NCBI GenBank assembly: GCA_965262725.1
Contig: OZ253555.1
Coordinates: 2,624,001-2,688,000 of the forward strand
Source: Dehalococcoidia bacterium
GTDB taxonomy: Bacteria > Chloroflexota > Dehalococcoidia > UBA2979
Length of the DNA: 64,000 nt
Reading direction: 5' to 3'
Within the stretch, counting starts at the first letter, position 1. Each line of letters starts with the position of its first letter. The notes below the pieces were generated by a model, which did not search any database, had not been told where the DNA came from, and saw only the letters and a program-made list of their open reading frames with translations. Both the position numbers and the translations under genes were made by a program. Shown here piece after piece: positions 18,583 to 27,739 of the stretch.

Positions 18583-19054
18583 TCACCACTCCGACTCCTC
18601 AGTCCTTCCCGACAACGAGGTGAAGCCTTTGACGACGCGAAGCAATCATATCGAGCAGTACGGCGCGAGTCCGGACTACTATGAGATCACGTACATCATG
18701 CACAACCAGCAACCGTGGGCCAAGCAGTCTGACAAGCCTTGTCTCGTGACCTATAACCCCATTAGTCCCATCGATGAACGCTCGATCATCAAGAGATCGT
18801 GGTTCCAGCACATCGTCCATGACGTGCGGCACGTCGTAGTGTTTGTCAACCTATTCCGCTTCATTCAGGGTAAGAGGCGGACATGGCACTGCGGTGCACA
18901 TACCCTCATTAACAGTCAGGAGACCTGTCTCGTCACCGGGCTTGTCGCCGCGAGACAGATGGGTGCCGCCTACCCCTTCCAGGATCCCGCCGCGAAGCGG
19001 TCATTCAGCCACTACGGAAGCATCATGTACGGCTCGAGGTTCAGGAAGGCGTAG
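18583..19054 (+). pseudogene. C-terminal fragment of an FAD/NAD-binding oxidoreductase (COG2907/amine oxidase-like)
   Basis: HSDSSVLP...VTYNP...IQGKRRTWHCGA...QETCLVTGL..A...GAAYPF; no N-terminal GxGxxG domain upstream. Confidence 0.55.
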
Positions 19055-19386
19055 GCCGAACGACGGGCTCTTGCGCTGCGGTGCGCCAGGCAGCAGATCT
19101 GACGAGAGCCGGGCCCCTTCCAGCAAAACGTCGGTCGACGCGGCGCGGCTTGCACGGGCCGAGACGGCATCCTCGGTGAGCCGACAGGATTGGGCGTCGC
19201 AGCGACAGTGCAGCGCGGCAGGAACCTCTGGCGCCGGCGTCGGCGTCGGCGACCCGGACGGAATGTGGAGTGCGGCGAGAGCACACCCCCTGAGTGCGAT
19301 TGGCAAGGGGTTCCCGTATCCTAGGTGTGCACTTTGGCCGGGAAGGAAGCCGCCTGCACCAGGTTCCGGGTCAGGAGTATCGACTG

Positions 19387-20433
19387 ATGCCAACCCGACA
19401 TGGGGAGCCCGCGATTGCCCCGTTGCCCCCGTTTCCGGAGGGCTGGTACTTCATCGCAAGCCGTCAGGCAATGCAGCAGGCCAAGCTCATCCAGAAGACA
19501 TGGATGGGCGTGAACATCGTCGCCTGGTGTGACGAGGACGGGCAGGTCTGTGTCGCCGAAGCTGTGTGCCCGCACCTGGGCTCCGCGCTCGGCCCGGACG
19601 CGGGCGGGCGCATCTGCGCCGGCCGGCTCGTCTGCCCGTTCCATGGCTTTGAGTTCGATACAACCGGACAGTGCGTCGCCACTCCCTATGCCGCACCAGC
19701 CCGGTCCGCGAGGTTGCGGACCTTCGTGACACGGGAGATTCTCGGTCTGGTCTTCGCCTGGTGGGGGATCGCCGGACGTGCGCCGCAGTGGAGCCTTCCC
19801 GAGGATCAGTCGGAGCAGGACCGCTGGAGCAATCACAATATCTCGACGATCCGCTTTCCCGGTCATCCCCAGGAGACGACCGAGAACGTCGTGGACCTGG
19901 CCCACCTGCGCTACGTCCACGGCTACGACAGCGTGGATCGCACCGAGCCGGTGACGGTGGACGGCGCCTGTCTCGAGAGCCGCTGGGACTTCAGGAGCGT
20001 CCGGAAGGTCGCGAAGATCGCGACCCTCACCCTTGAGCTCTCCGCCTGCACTCGTGCCTTTGGGCTGGGCTACTCGTTTGTGGAGGTCCACGAGCGCTCG
20101 ATCGGCATGGATCTGCGTCTGTGGGTGCTGGCGACGCCTGTCGACGGCACGCTCATCGACCTGTCGCTGGTCTCGCAGGTCCGGGAGATACGGAAGCCGA
20201 AGCGGCGGATCATAGGGCTGGGGTTTCTCCCGCTGAGGCTGCGCGCGCCTGTGATGAACAGGTTCATCGCGTCTCAGCAGCAGAGCGACGTTCAGCAGGA
20301 CGTGGTGGTCTGGAGCCGCAAGCAGTACGTGTCCCCACCCCGCCTCACCCGCTCGGACGGTGAGATCACGGCCTTCCGAGAGTACTGCGCGCAGTTTTAT
20401 CCCGATCCGAGCGATGACGGCTTACCTGCCTGA
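19387..20433 (+). CDS. Rieske non-heme iron oxygenase (KshA/Neverland-like)
   Basis: CPHLG...CPFHG Rieske ligands; ENVVDLAHLRYVH iron motif; FPEGWY; QDVVVW; AGGAG RBS. Confidence 0.9.
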   Translation: MPTRHGEPAIAPLPPFPEGWYFIASRQAMQQAKLIQKTWMGVNIVAWCDEDGQVCVAEAVCPHLGSALGPDAGGRICAGRLVCPFHGFEFDTTGQCVATPYAAPARSARLRTFVTREILGLVFAWWGIAGRAPQWSLPEDQSEQDRWSNHNISTIRFPGHPQETTENVVDLAHLRYVHGYDSVDRTEPVTVDGACLESRWDFRSVRKVAKIATLTLELSACTRAFGLGYSFVEVHERSIGMDLRLWVLATPVDGTLIDLSLVSQVREIRKPKRRIIGLGFLPLRLRAPVMNRFIASQQQSDVQQDVVVWSRKQYVSPPRLTRSDGEITAFREYCAQFYPDPSDDGLPA

Positions 20434-20679
20434 GGCTCGCTGTCGGCTGCCGCCGATCGGGCTTGCACGAGGCCGGTAGCCCTCACTTACCGGAGGGCGG
20501 ATGAGAGGATCAGACTCTCGGGGAGGGGCACGCCAAACCGCAGTCGCCAGACCTCGAAAGGCGCTGTTCGACGAGCACGGCCGTCGCGAGGCCGCGGTGA
20601 AGTTTCTCGAGACCGACTCACACCGCACGGTCGGCGGCGCCCTGTACCAGGTCGACCGGAACCTAACGAAGCGCGCTCG

Positions 20680-20856
20680 ATGATGACACGCCGGACGCGG
20701 CTGATGGTGACGCTGGAGTTCGTGCTCGATCTGGCGCACGGCGACCCCATGCTCTCCATGCCGGACTCTGAGCTCGAGGCCGAGCTGCTGCGGCCGGTGA
20801 GGGAGGAGGACTGCCCGGTCACGCTAATGACGGCCGAGGGTGAGCCGATCGATTGA
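20680..20856 (+). CDS. Hypothetical 58-aa protein
   Basis: ATGA overlap with ORF 20501-20683; strong G/C third-position bias. Confidence 0.4.
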   Translation: MMTRRTRLMVTLEFVLDLAHGDPMLSMPDSELEAELLRPVREEDCPVTLMTAEGEPID

Positions 20857-20965
20857 CGGAACCGGCGCGACGTGGGCGCCGTCAAGCGCATGGCTTCCCC
20901 TACTGAGCGCCACCTGGCACCACCCCCGGAGAGCTGGTCCAGTTCGATTGCTTCCATGTCGGGCG

Positions 20966-22382
20966 GGTCATGTCCCCGCAAGTGGTGTCGCTGCGCACCA
21001 TCCTTATCAATTGTTAGCCGGCAGCCTGCAGCAGCACCTCCTCGCCTGAGTTAAGTTCACTCCCCGGCGGGGAGAGCAGCGTCATCATCGTCATGTAGCG
21101 TCTCCCCACGGCCCACTCGTCGTGCTGCTCAGCGAGCACCGCACCGATGAGCCGGATGACCGCTGAGCGGTTGGGGAAGATGCCGACCACGTTGGTGCGC
21201 CGGCGGATCTCCTTGTTGAGCCGCTCGAGGGGGTTGTTCGACCAGACCTGACGCCAGTGCGCCACCGGGAAGGCCGTGAACGCCAGGATCTCCTCCGCGG
21301 CGTCGGCGAGCATCGCCGCGGCCTCCGGGAAGCGCGCTCCGAGCTGCTCCACGACCCGCGCGTGCTGGGCGTGCACCTCGGAGGCCGAGGGCTGCTGGTA
21401 GATCGTGCGCACGGTCGTCGCCACCAGCGCCTCCGCGCTCTTCGGCACGCGCGTGAGCAGGTTCCGCATGAAGTGGGTACGACAGCGCTGCCAGGAGGCG
21501 CCGCCGAAGACGGTGGCGATCGCTTCCCTCAGGCCCTGGTGTGCGTCGGAGGTCACCAGCTCCACGCCGGAGAGCCCTCGTGCTACGAGGCCGCGCAGAA
21601 ATGCCAGCCAGAAGGCCCCGTCCTCGCTGGTACCAACGTCGATGCCCAGCACCTCGCGCTTCCCCTCGGCGTTCACCGCGGTGGCGACGACGACGCTCAC
21701 CTGAGCGATGCGGCCCTCCTTGCGTACGCGCTGGGTAAGCGCGTCGAGCCAGAGGTAGCGATAGGGGCCGGAGTCGAGGGGCCGGCCCAGGAAACTCGTG
21801 ACGACCGTGTCGAGCTCCGAGCAGATACGCGAGACCTGGCTCTTCGAGATGCCCTCGCAGCCGAGCGAGCGCACGAGGTCGTCGACGCGGCGAGTGGAGA
21901 CGCCCTCCACGTACGCCTGCTGGACGACGGCCAGCAGGGCGCGCTCTGAGCGGCGCCTGGGCTCGAGCAGCGCCGGGAAGTAGGACCCCTGGCGGAGCTT
22001 CGGGATCTGCAGGTCGATGCTGCCCACCCGCGTGTCCCAGCGTCTCGGCCTGTAGCCGTTGCGCCGGGTGGTGCGCATCTCGCTGCGCTCGCCGTAGCCG
22101 GCGCCGACCTGCGCCGAGACCTCCTGGTCCATCACCGCCTCGGCGAGCACGGCCACCGCTTCGCGCAGGAAATCGAGGTCAGCTCCCGATGCCTGCTTGC
22201 GGAGCAGCTCCAACACGTCCACGCTCTCTCTGACCACCGTTGTCCTCCTCCACGTTCGTCAGACCTTCGTGAAGGATGATGCGGTGGTCTCTTACGTCCA
22301 CCTGCATGGGGACCGTGTCGGTAGTAGGTCCCCCTGTGGAGACCGTCTCCCCGCCTGTGACACCACTTCCTGGGACGCTACT
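20966..22382 (-). mobile_element. IS256-family insertion sequence (~1.42 kb)
   Basis: 24-bp imperfect terminal inverted repeats (GGTCATGTCCCCGCAAGTGGTGTC vs AGTAGCGTCCCAGGAAGTGGTGTC, 18/24); no target duplication seen. Confidence 0.85.
21014..22237 (-). CDS. IS256-family (mutator) transposase
   Basis: RNGYR, IPKLR, GVSTR, WLDA, SDAHQGL, WQRCRTHF, NPLERLNKEIRRR. Confidence 0.97.
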   Translation of the reverse strand: MVRESVDVLELLRKQASGADLDFLREAVAVLAEAVMDQEVSAQVGAGYGERSEMRTTRRNGYRPRRWDTRVGSIDLQIPKLRQGSYFPALLEPRRRSERALLAVVQQAYVEGVSTRRVDDLVRSLGCEGISKSQVSRICSELDTVVTSFLGRPLDSGPYRYLWLDALTQRVRKEGRIAQVSVVVATAVNAEGKREVLGIDVGTSEDGAFWLAFLRGLVARGLSGVELVTSDAHQGLREAIATVFGGASWQRCRTHFMRNLLTRVPKSAEALVATTVRTIYQQPSASEVHAQHARVVEQLGARFPEAAAMLADAAEEILAFTAFPVAHWRQVWSNNPLERLNKEIRRRTNVVGIFPNRSAVIRLIGAVLAEQHDEWAVGRRYMTMMTLLSPPGSELNSGEEVLLQAAG

Positions 22383-22721
22383 GCGTAGCACAGGCAACTA
22401 CGCCATAGCTCCCGTACCTGAGACGCTCCCCAACGATGCCTTGCATGAGGGTGGCGGTGGAACACAGGCCATGTGTTCCATGGAGGTGCTCACTGACCAA
22501 CCTAAGGCGCCTCTGGCAACACTTGGACGTTTCGCGTCTTGGCTGTATCCGCGCGCGGGGTGAGAGCCCTTGCACCGTCCCGGCTGCATCCTGGCTAGCC
22601 ATGGTTGCGAAGGAGTCAGGCACTGATCGCCGCTACGTAACTGGACTTTACGGCGAACGTTACAACTGGCCGTGGGGGCGACCGGCGCCACTTCCACCGC
22701 TTGCTCGGTAGAATGCAAGCC

Positions 22722-25199
22722 ATGGACCGCATCCTACGTGGACTGAGTTGGCTGGTTACGGCCCGCCCGTACGTCACTATCGCGGTCCTCCTCCTCGTTA
22801 CCTTCGGGCTTGCCGCGGGGACGACCCTCCGCGCGCCGATAGACGAGACTGATGGGTTCCTTCCCCCCGGAAGCGCCATCGTGGAGGCGTTGGACGACAT
22901 CGACACGCTCTTCGGGGAGTCGGGCGCGGTCAGTCTCGTCACGTTGATATTCCGCGGGGAGGCGATCACGCCCGACGGGCTCTCCCAGATGGACGGCTTG
23001 GTCGAAGCGATCGGCAGCGATCGGGGAGTGGTGGAGCTGCTGGCGCATGACGATCCGGTCATCGCTCCCTCGGCGCTGGTCAAGACCGTACTCCGACTGG
23101 ATGGGTTCGAGTCGGTCACGCAAGCGGAGATCGATTCCGCCCGCAGTATCCCCGAGGTCGGGGGGGCGCTTGCCGCGATGACCGGGACCGACACCGACGG
23201 CACGCCGGTCGCCATCGCCACGATCCGTCTGCTCGACACAGGCGACGACCGGATTCGAGATGCCGAACGCCGGATTCAGGAACTGACTCGTGCGAACGTC
23301 GGCTCGCTGCGGGTGACCAGCGTGTCGCCCGTGGTGATCGAGGACGAGTACCAAGAGGCGTCGCGGACGGGGATGCTGCCGTTCTACGCGACGGCGCTGG
23401 TGTTGATCGCGGGTCTGATACTGCTCTTCCTGCGCTCGCTTTCGGATCTGCTGCTGACGTTGGCGGGCCTCCTGATGTCGCTCATCTGGGTCGTCGGCGC
23501 GGAGGGCTGGCTGGGGCCAAATGGCGTGGGACTCCTGGGCCGTCCGAGCGGGATCTCGGCCATGATCCCGATCATCATCATCAGCCTCACGGTGGACTAT
23601 GCGATCCAGAGCACCTCGCACTACCGGGAGCAGCGAACGGCCGGCACGCCGGTGCTGACCGCCGTGCGGTCGGGATTGCACGCCGTGGTCGTCCCTCTGG
23701 CGCTTGCGGCCGCTACGACGATCGTGAGCTTCCTCGTGGGACTTCTCTCTCCTATCCCCGCGATCGGTGACTTCGGCATCGTAGCCGGGTTGGGCGTGGG
23801 GATGAGCTTGATCGTGATGCTGACGCTGATTCCCGCCACACGCGTCATTCTCGATCAGAGGAGCGAGAGACGCGGCACGCTGACGGCGCCGCGAGCGGTC
23901 TCGGAGGCGCTGCCCGGCATCGAGCGGCTGGCAGAGGTACTAGGGAGGTCGGTCACACGCAGGCCCGCCCCCTACATCATTGCCGTGTTGGCGGTAACGG
24001 TCGGGCTGGGGTTCGCAGCCACGGGGCTGGAGTCGAGGTTCAGTATTCGCGACGTCTTGCCAAAGGGCGGGGGCGTGCTGGAGGACATGAACACGCTCGA
24101 CGCGGCGGTCGGCGGCTCGACGGAGATCGTCAGCGTGCTGGTGGAGGCCGAGGCCACTGAGACCCGCACGCTCCTGAACCTGTACGACCTCACGGACTCC
24201 TTTGAGGACAATCAGCGACGCCCGAGCGCGGCAGCGGCCCCGATCCAGGCGTCGTACGATCTGCTCGTCGACGACTGGATCGACGACAGCGGCGAGCCCG
24301 GTGACAAGTTCGACCCGGAGCTCGCGGCGCTTTTCCGGGAATCCTCCATGGGACTGGAACTCGATGCAGGGCTGATGCAGGAGTTTCTCAACAAGCTCGA
24401 GGCGAAGGATCGCGCCATTCCGCGCCTTCTGGTCAACAACCCGGATGGCATCGACTTCATGCTGCTCCAGTTTCCGGCCTTCACGGATGATCCCGACGCC
24501 ACGAAGCGGATCCAAGAGGACCTCGAGGCGCTCTGGCTCGGCGACGACCGTGCCATCACGGCGACCTCCGGGGGTATCATGTCGGTGACCGTCACGGAAG
24601 AGATCACGAGCCGCCAGACAGAAGCGATCACGACGACGATCGCGGTGGCGCTCGGCATCCTGATGCTGTTCTTCTGGGCGACGCTCCGCCAGCCGGTACT
24701 GGCCTTCGCCGCCGTGATGCCAATCGTACTCGCCTTGATCTGGGTGCTGGGTACGATGGCGCTGCTGGGGATTCCCTACACGCTGGTCACGTCAATCATC
24801 ACGGCGCTCTCGATCGGGATCGGCGTGGACTACACGATCCACGTCATCCACCGCTACCGGGAAGAGTACTACCGCCGGCGCGAGCCCGAGGCGGCCGCGA
24901 TTCGCACACTCGCGACCACCGGCTCCGCGCTGCTCGGTTCCGCGCTGACCACGGCGCTCGGACTCGGCGTCTTGATCTTCTCGCCCGTGCTCGCGTTGCA
25001 GCAATTCGGGATCACGGTGGTGATCACGATCGTGTATGCGTTGATCGTCTCCATCCTACTGGTGCCACCGGCGATGACCATCTGGGGCGCGTACCAGAAC
25101 ATGCGGCTGCGCTCGATGGTGAGTCGGATGGCAGACGAGCTCGACCTAGCGATCGAGCAGGTGCACCAGCGTTACGAGCAGGAGCAGCCGTCGCACTAG
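22722..25199 (+). CDS. MMPL/RND-family transporter
   Basis: Two repeats of TM1-extracellular domain-5TM; LTVDYAIQ and GIGVDYTIH motifs. Confidence 0.9.
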   Translation: MDRILRGLSWLVTARPYVTIAVLLLVTFGLAAGTTLRAPIDETDGFLPPGSAIVEALDDIDTLFGESGAVSLVTLIFRGEAITPDGLSQMDGLVEAIGSDRGVVELLAHDDPVIAPSALVKTVLRLDGFESVTQAEIDSARSIPEVGGALAAMTGTDTDGTPVAIATIRLLDTGDDRIRDAERRIQELTRANVGSLRVTSVSPVVIEDEYQEASRTGMLPFYATALVLIAGLILLFLRSLSDLLLTLAGLLMSLIWVVGAEGWLGPNGVGLLGRPSGISAMIPIIIISLTVDYAIQSTSHYREQRTAGTPVLTAVRSGLHAVVVPLALAAATTIVSFLVGLLSPIPAIGDFGIVAGLGVGMSLIVMLTLIPATRVILDQRSERRGTLTAPRAVSEALPGIERLAEVLGRSVTRRPAPYIIAVLAVTVGLGFAATGLESRFSIRDVLPKGGGVLEDMNTLDAAVGGSTEIVSVLVEAEATETRTLLNLYDLTDSFEDNQRRPSAAAAPIQASYDLLVDDWIDDSGEPGDKFDPELAALFRESSMGLELDAGLMQEFLNKLEAKDRAIPRLLVNNPDGIDFMLLQFPAFTDDPDATKRIQEDLEALWLGDDRAITATSGGIMSVTVTEEITSRQTEAITTTIAVALGILMLFFWATLRQPVLAFAAVMPIVLALIWVLGTMALLGIPYTLVTSIITALSIGIGVDYTIHVIHRYREEYYRRREPEAAAIRTLATTGSALLGSALTTALGLGVLIFSPVLALQQFGITVVITIVYALIVSILLVPPAMTIWGAYQNMRLRSMVSRMADELDLAIEQVHQRYEQEQPSH

Positions 25200-25248
25200 A
25201 GGTGAGGTGGGGAAGGATGCGGCCGCCCTCGTCGATGCTAGTCAGGCG

Positions 25249-27273
25249 TCAGAGGGGGAGTTCGTGCCTCTGCTCTGCGACCAGAAATCGAAGCTTCTTG
25301 GTTGGCGACATCGACGGGAAGCTGCTGATCGGCAGCTTCTGATCCCGGGGCAACTCCAGCCTGAAGTAGTGGGCGAGCATCAGCAGGTTGAGCGCCAGGT
25401 GCAATTCGGCCCAGCGACGGCCGAGGCATGTGTGCGTACCCAGCCCGAATGGAGCGTAGCCAGGGCCGACATGCTCGCCACGCGGGGACAGGTAGCGGTC
25501 GATGTCGAACTTGAAGGGCTCAGGGAACACGTCCTCCATGTAGTGCGAAGCCGCCTGGGCATAGTAGACGCGCGACCCCACGGGCAGCTCGTAGCCCTCG
25601 ACGACGCACGTGTTCATGACGTTGCGCATCGACATCGCCGCGATCGGTGTCATGCGCAAGGTCTCCATAACCAGGCGCCGGGTGACGTCGAAGCTATCCG
25701 GGGCGAGGTCCGCTGCACTCGGATCCCCGTTGGCAAACAGTGCGTCGGCTTCTGCCCTGACCCTCTCGTGGACTTCAGGGTGGGACACCATGGCGTACAT
25801 GGCGAAGCCGAGCTGATCGCCAAGGTACATGCTCGCGAGCAGCATCGTCGCGAGCGGGAAGTTCAGGTCCGACTCCGGCAGAAATTGAGGGTCGCTCGCG
25901 TGCAGGCTAAGGAAGTCATCCGCCAGATCCCGGGGGCAGCCGGCCCTCTGGCCAGGCGTATGAGAGTTCTGAATGCTTGACGCCAGCTCTTCGATCATCT
26001 TCGCCCGGCGTCGCATCGCTGGCGTGTGCAGCAGGAACCTGGGCAAGGTGCCCGCAACGTGGATATTCAGCGCTCGCTCCTTGTACTTGATGATGTCCTC
26101 GATCAGGGCCTGCGTTTCCGCACTAATCATGAGCGGTGATAGCTGCGCGTTCATGTACAGTCGGAGCATCGTTCCTGCGGAGATATTGTCTCCGACTGCC
26201 CACGTCGCCATGTGCGTCCGCGCATTCCCCAAGACCTCATCGAGGCGCCTCAGCACACTCGCCCGCGAGTAGGACGACTGCATGGCTTTGCGAAAGCGAA
26301 AGTGGTCGGCACCGTCGAGAGAGTGGATGGTTCGGGAGGCGCCGTACACTTTCTCCATGCCCTCAAAGTAGTCCTTGGACCGCAGGTACATCCGTCCGTG
26401 GCGGTGCACCCACTGGTTCGTCCGCGGGCCGGCGAGGACGATCATGCGCTCCCGAAATGGGAACTTGATGTCGAATATGGGACCGTACTCCTTCGCGAGG
26501 TCTGCGAAGAGCGCCGGCAGGTTGCCTCCGCGGGCATGCGGGTTGAGCACGAGCCGGAGCAAGGACACCCGCGGGATCGGCTTGGTCAGAGCGGCGTGCC
26601 GGAGTGCCGGGCCGGCAAGGTTGTGGGCGACCGCATCAACGATGGAACGGCCGATCAGATCCAACCTGCAGATGAGCTCAATGCGTTCCTCTGATTCCTC
26701 ATCAAGCGGGAATATGAAGCGCAAGACGTCGCAGGTATTGATGAGGGCGATGATGATGACATCTCGCGGTTCAGGAATCTCATTGTCGAAGATGACATGC
26801 CTGATCCGTGTCTTGACGAACTCAGCCGCGGTCCCATCCTGGGAACCGCTGAACATGTCCGACTTCCAGCCGGAGCGAGCGAGCGTCCAGAATTCGCCCT
26901 CATGGTGCTCCAGGAGCTTCAGTTCAACCAGGCGATCCAGGGTCAAATCAATGATCGACTCCGCATGAGGAGCGAGTCGTTCGATCCAGTACTGAGTGTT
27001 GCGCTGTACTGGCTCGTTTGCAATCTCCTTCAGGATGGGGTCGAGAATGGGGTCGCCCGTTGCGGTCTGATCTAGCAGAATCAGGGATTCCACGTCCGTA
27101 TCGATGCGGGACATCGAAGATAGTTCTGCGAGTGCGGCGCCGACAACGGCACAGTTGAGGTCCCAGCCGGGTACTTGGTGAAAGTAACCAGTCTCCTCGT
27201 TGAGGAGCATCAAGATGAGTTCTTCGGGCAAACTCAGCCGCTGAACCACCACTTCTTCCGTAGAGAGCGTCAT
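25249..27273 (-). CDS. GPP34 (GOLPH3/Vps74-like) domain - cytochrome P450 fusion protein
   Basis: N-terminal LSLPEELILMLL...GAALAEL...TGDPILD...LDRLVE...PEPRD (GPP34-like); C-terminal ETLR, FDIDRY, PFGLGTHTCLG; one continuous 674-aa frame. Confidence 0.85.
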   Translation of the reverse strand: MTLSTEEVVVQRLSLPEELILMLLNEETGYFHQVPGWDLNCAVVGAALAELSSMSRIDTDVESLILLDQTATGDPILDPILKEIANEPVQRNTQYWIERLAPHAESIIDLTLDRLVELKLLEHHEGEFWTLARSGWKSDMFSGSQDGTAAEFVKTRIRHVIFDNEIPEPRDVIIIALINTCDVLRFIFPLDEESEERIELICRLDLIGRSIVDAVAHNLAGPALRHAALTKPIPRVSLLRLVLNPHARGGNLPALFADLAKEYGPIFDIKFPFRERMIVLAGPRTNQWVHRHGRMYLRSKDYFEGMEKVYGASRTIHSLDGADHFRFRKAMQSSYSRASVLRRLDEVLGNARTHMATWAVGDNISAGTMLRLYMNAQLSPLMISAETQALIEDIIKYKERALNIHVAGTLPRFLLHTPAMRRRAKMIEELASSIQNSHTPGQRAGCPRDLADDFLSLHASDPQFLPESDLNFPLATMLLASMYLGDQLGFAMYAMVSHPEVHERVRAEADALFANGDPSAADLAPDSFDVTRRLVMETLRMTPIAAMSMRNVMNTCVVEGYELPVGSRVYYAQAASHYMEDVFPEPFKFDIDRYLSPRGEHVGPGYAPFGLGTHTCLGRRWAELHLALNLLMLAHYFRLELPRDQKLPISSFPSMSPTKKLRFLVAEQRHELPL

Positions 27274-27304
27274 GCGTCCTGCTCCGTGTGCATCGTCCCG
27301 AAAG

Positions 27305-27325
27305 TGCAAGCCACGGTGACTTGCA
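27305..27325. promoter_or_regulatory. Operator-like inverted repeat TGCAAGCCAC-G-GTGACTTGCA upstream of the P450 fusion
   Basis: 9/10 matching arms; lies between a minus-strand TACACT (27335-27340) and the RBS. Confidence 0.4.
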
Positions 27326-27622
27326 ACCAACGACAGTGTAGCCCCCCGGGCGGAGGACCGGGCAAACGAGGCGACCTGAGCGGGCATAGCAGCGTGCGTG
27401 TGTCCGGGTGGTACAGACAGGCGCTTCTCGTATGTTGGCTGGGAGTAGTGACCGGGTTAGCCACCCCATGGTCGTAACGGGTCAAGAGGGGAGCCACTCG
27501 TCTCGTCACGGGCCCCGTCAGGCGGCGAGTTCGGTGTCTCCGTCGCTTCGACTTCCCCACGCGGTCGCCTCGTCGCAGAGCCAGCGTGAGCGCAGGCAGT
27601 CGTGCTGGTAGGCGACCAGAGG

Positions 27623-27639
27623 CTTCCTGGGACGCTACT
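27623..27639 (-). mobile_element. Solo IS256 terminal repeat
   Basis: CTTCCTGGGACGCTACT identical to 22366-22382, the outer 17 bp of the IS end. Confidence 0.7.
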
Positions 27640-27640
27640 T

Positions 27641-27739
27641 ATCCGTCTGGCAAATCTACTGCTGGCAGCGGGAGTCGTGGCGCTCGCTGCGGCGGGAATC
27701 GTGACCGTCCGCCGGCGCTCGGAGAACCCGCGGCCTTGA
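27641..27739 (+). pseudogene. C-terminal membrane-anchor remnant of a disrupted surface protein gene
   Basis: IRLANLLLAAGVVALAAAGIVTVRRRSENPRP* begins right after the solo IS end; no start codon. Confidence 0.45.

Noticed and set aside
15902-18600. A tRNA-Gln 3' duplicate defining the left border of the island
   Set aside because: No convincing copy of TGGCTGGGGACCGAGG found by eye, and no integrase in the island
22458-22480. Inverted repeat TGGAACACA-N5-TGTGTTCCA as MMPL operator
   Set aside because: Real 9-bp arms, but about 230 bp upstream of the likely -10 and single copy; no function supportable
27444-27639. MITE bounded by AGTAGTGACC and the solo IS end
   Set aside because: Only 11/17 match between putative ends and no target duplication
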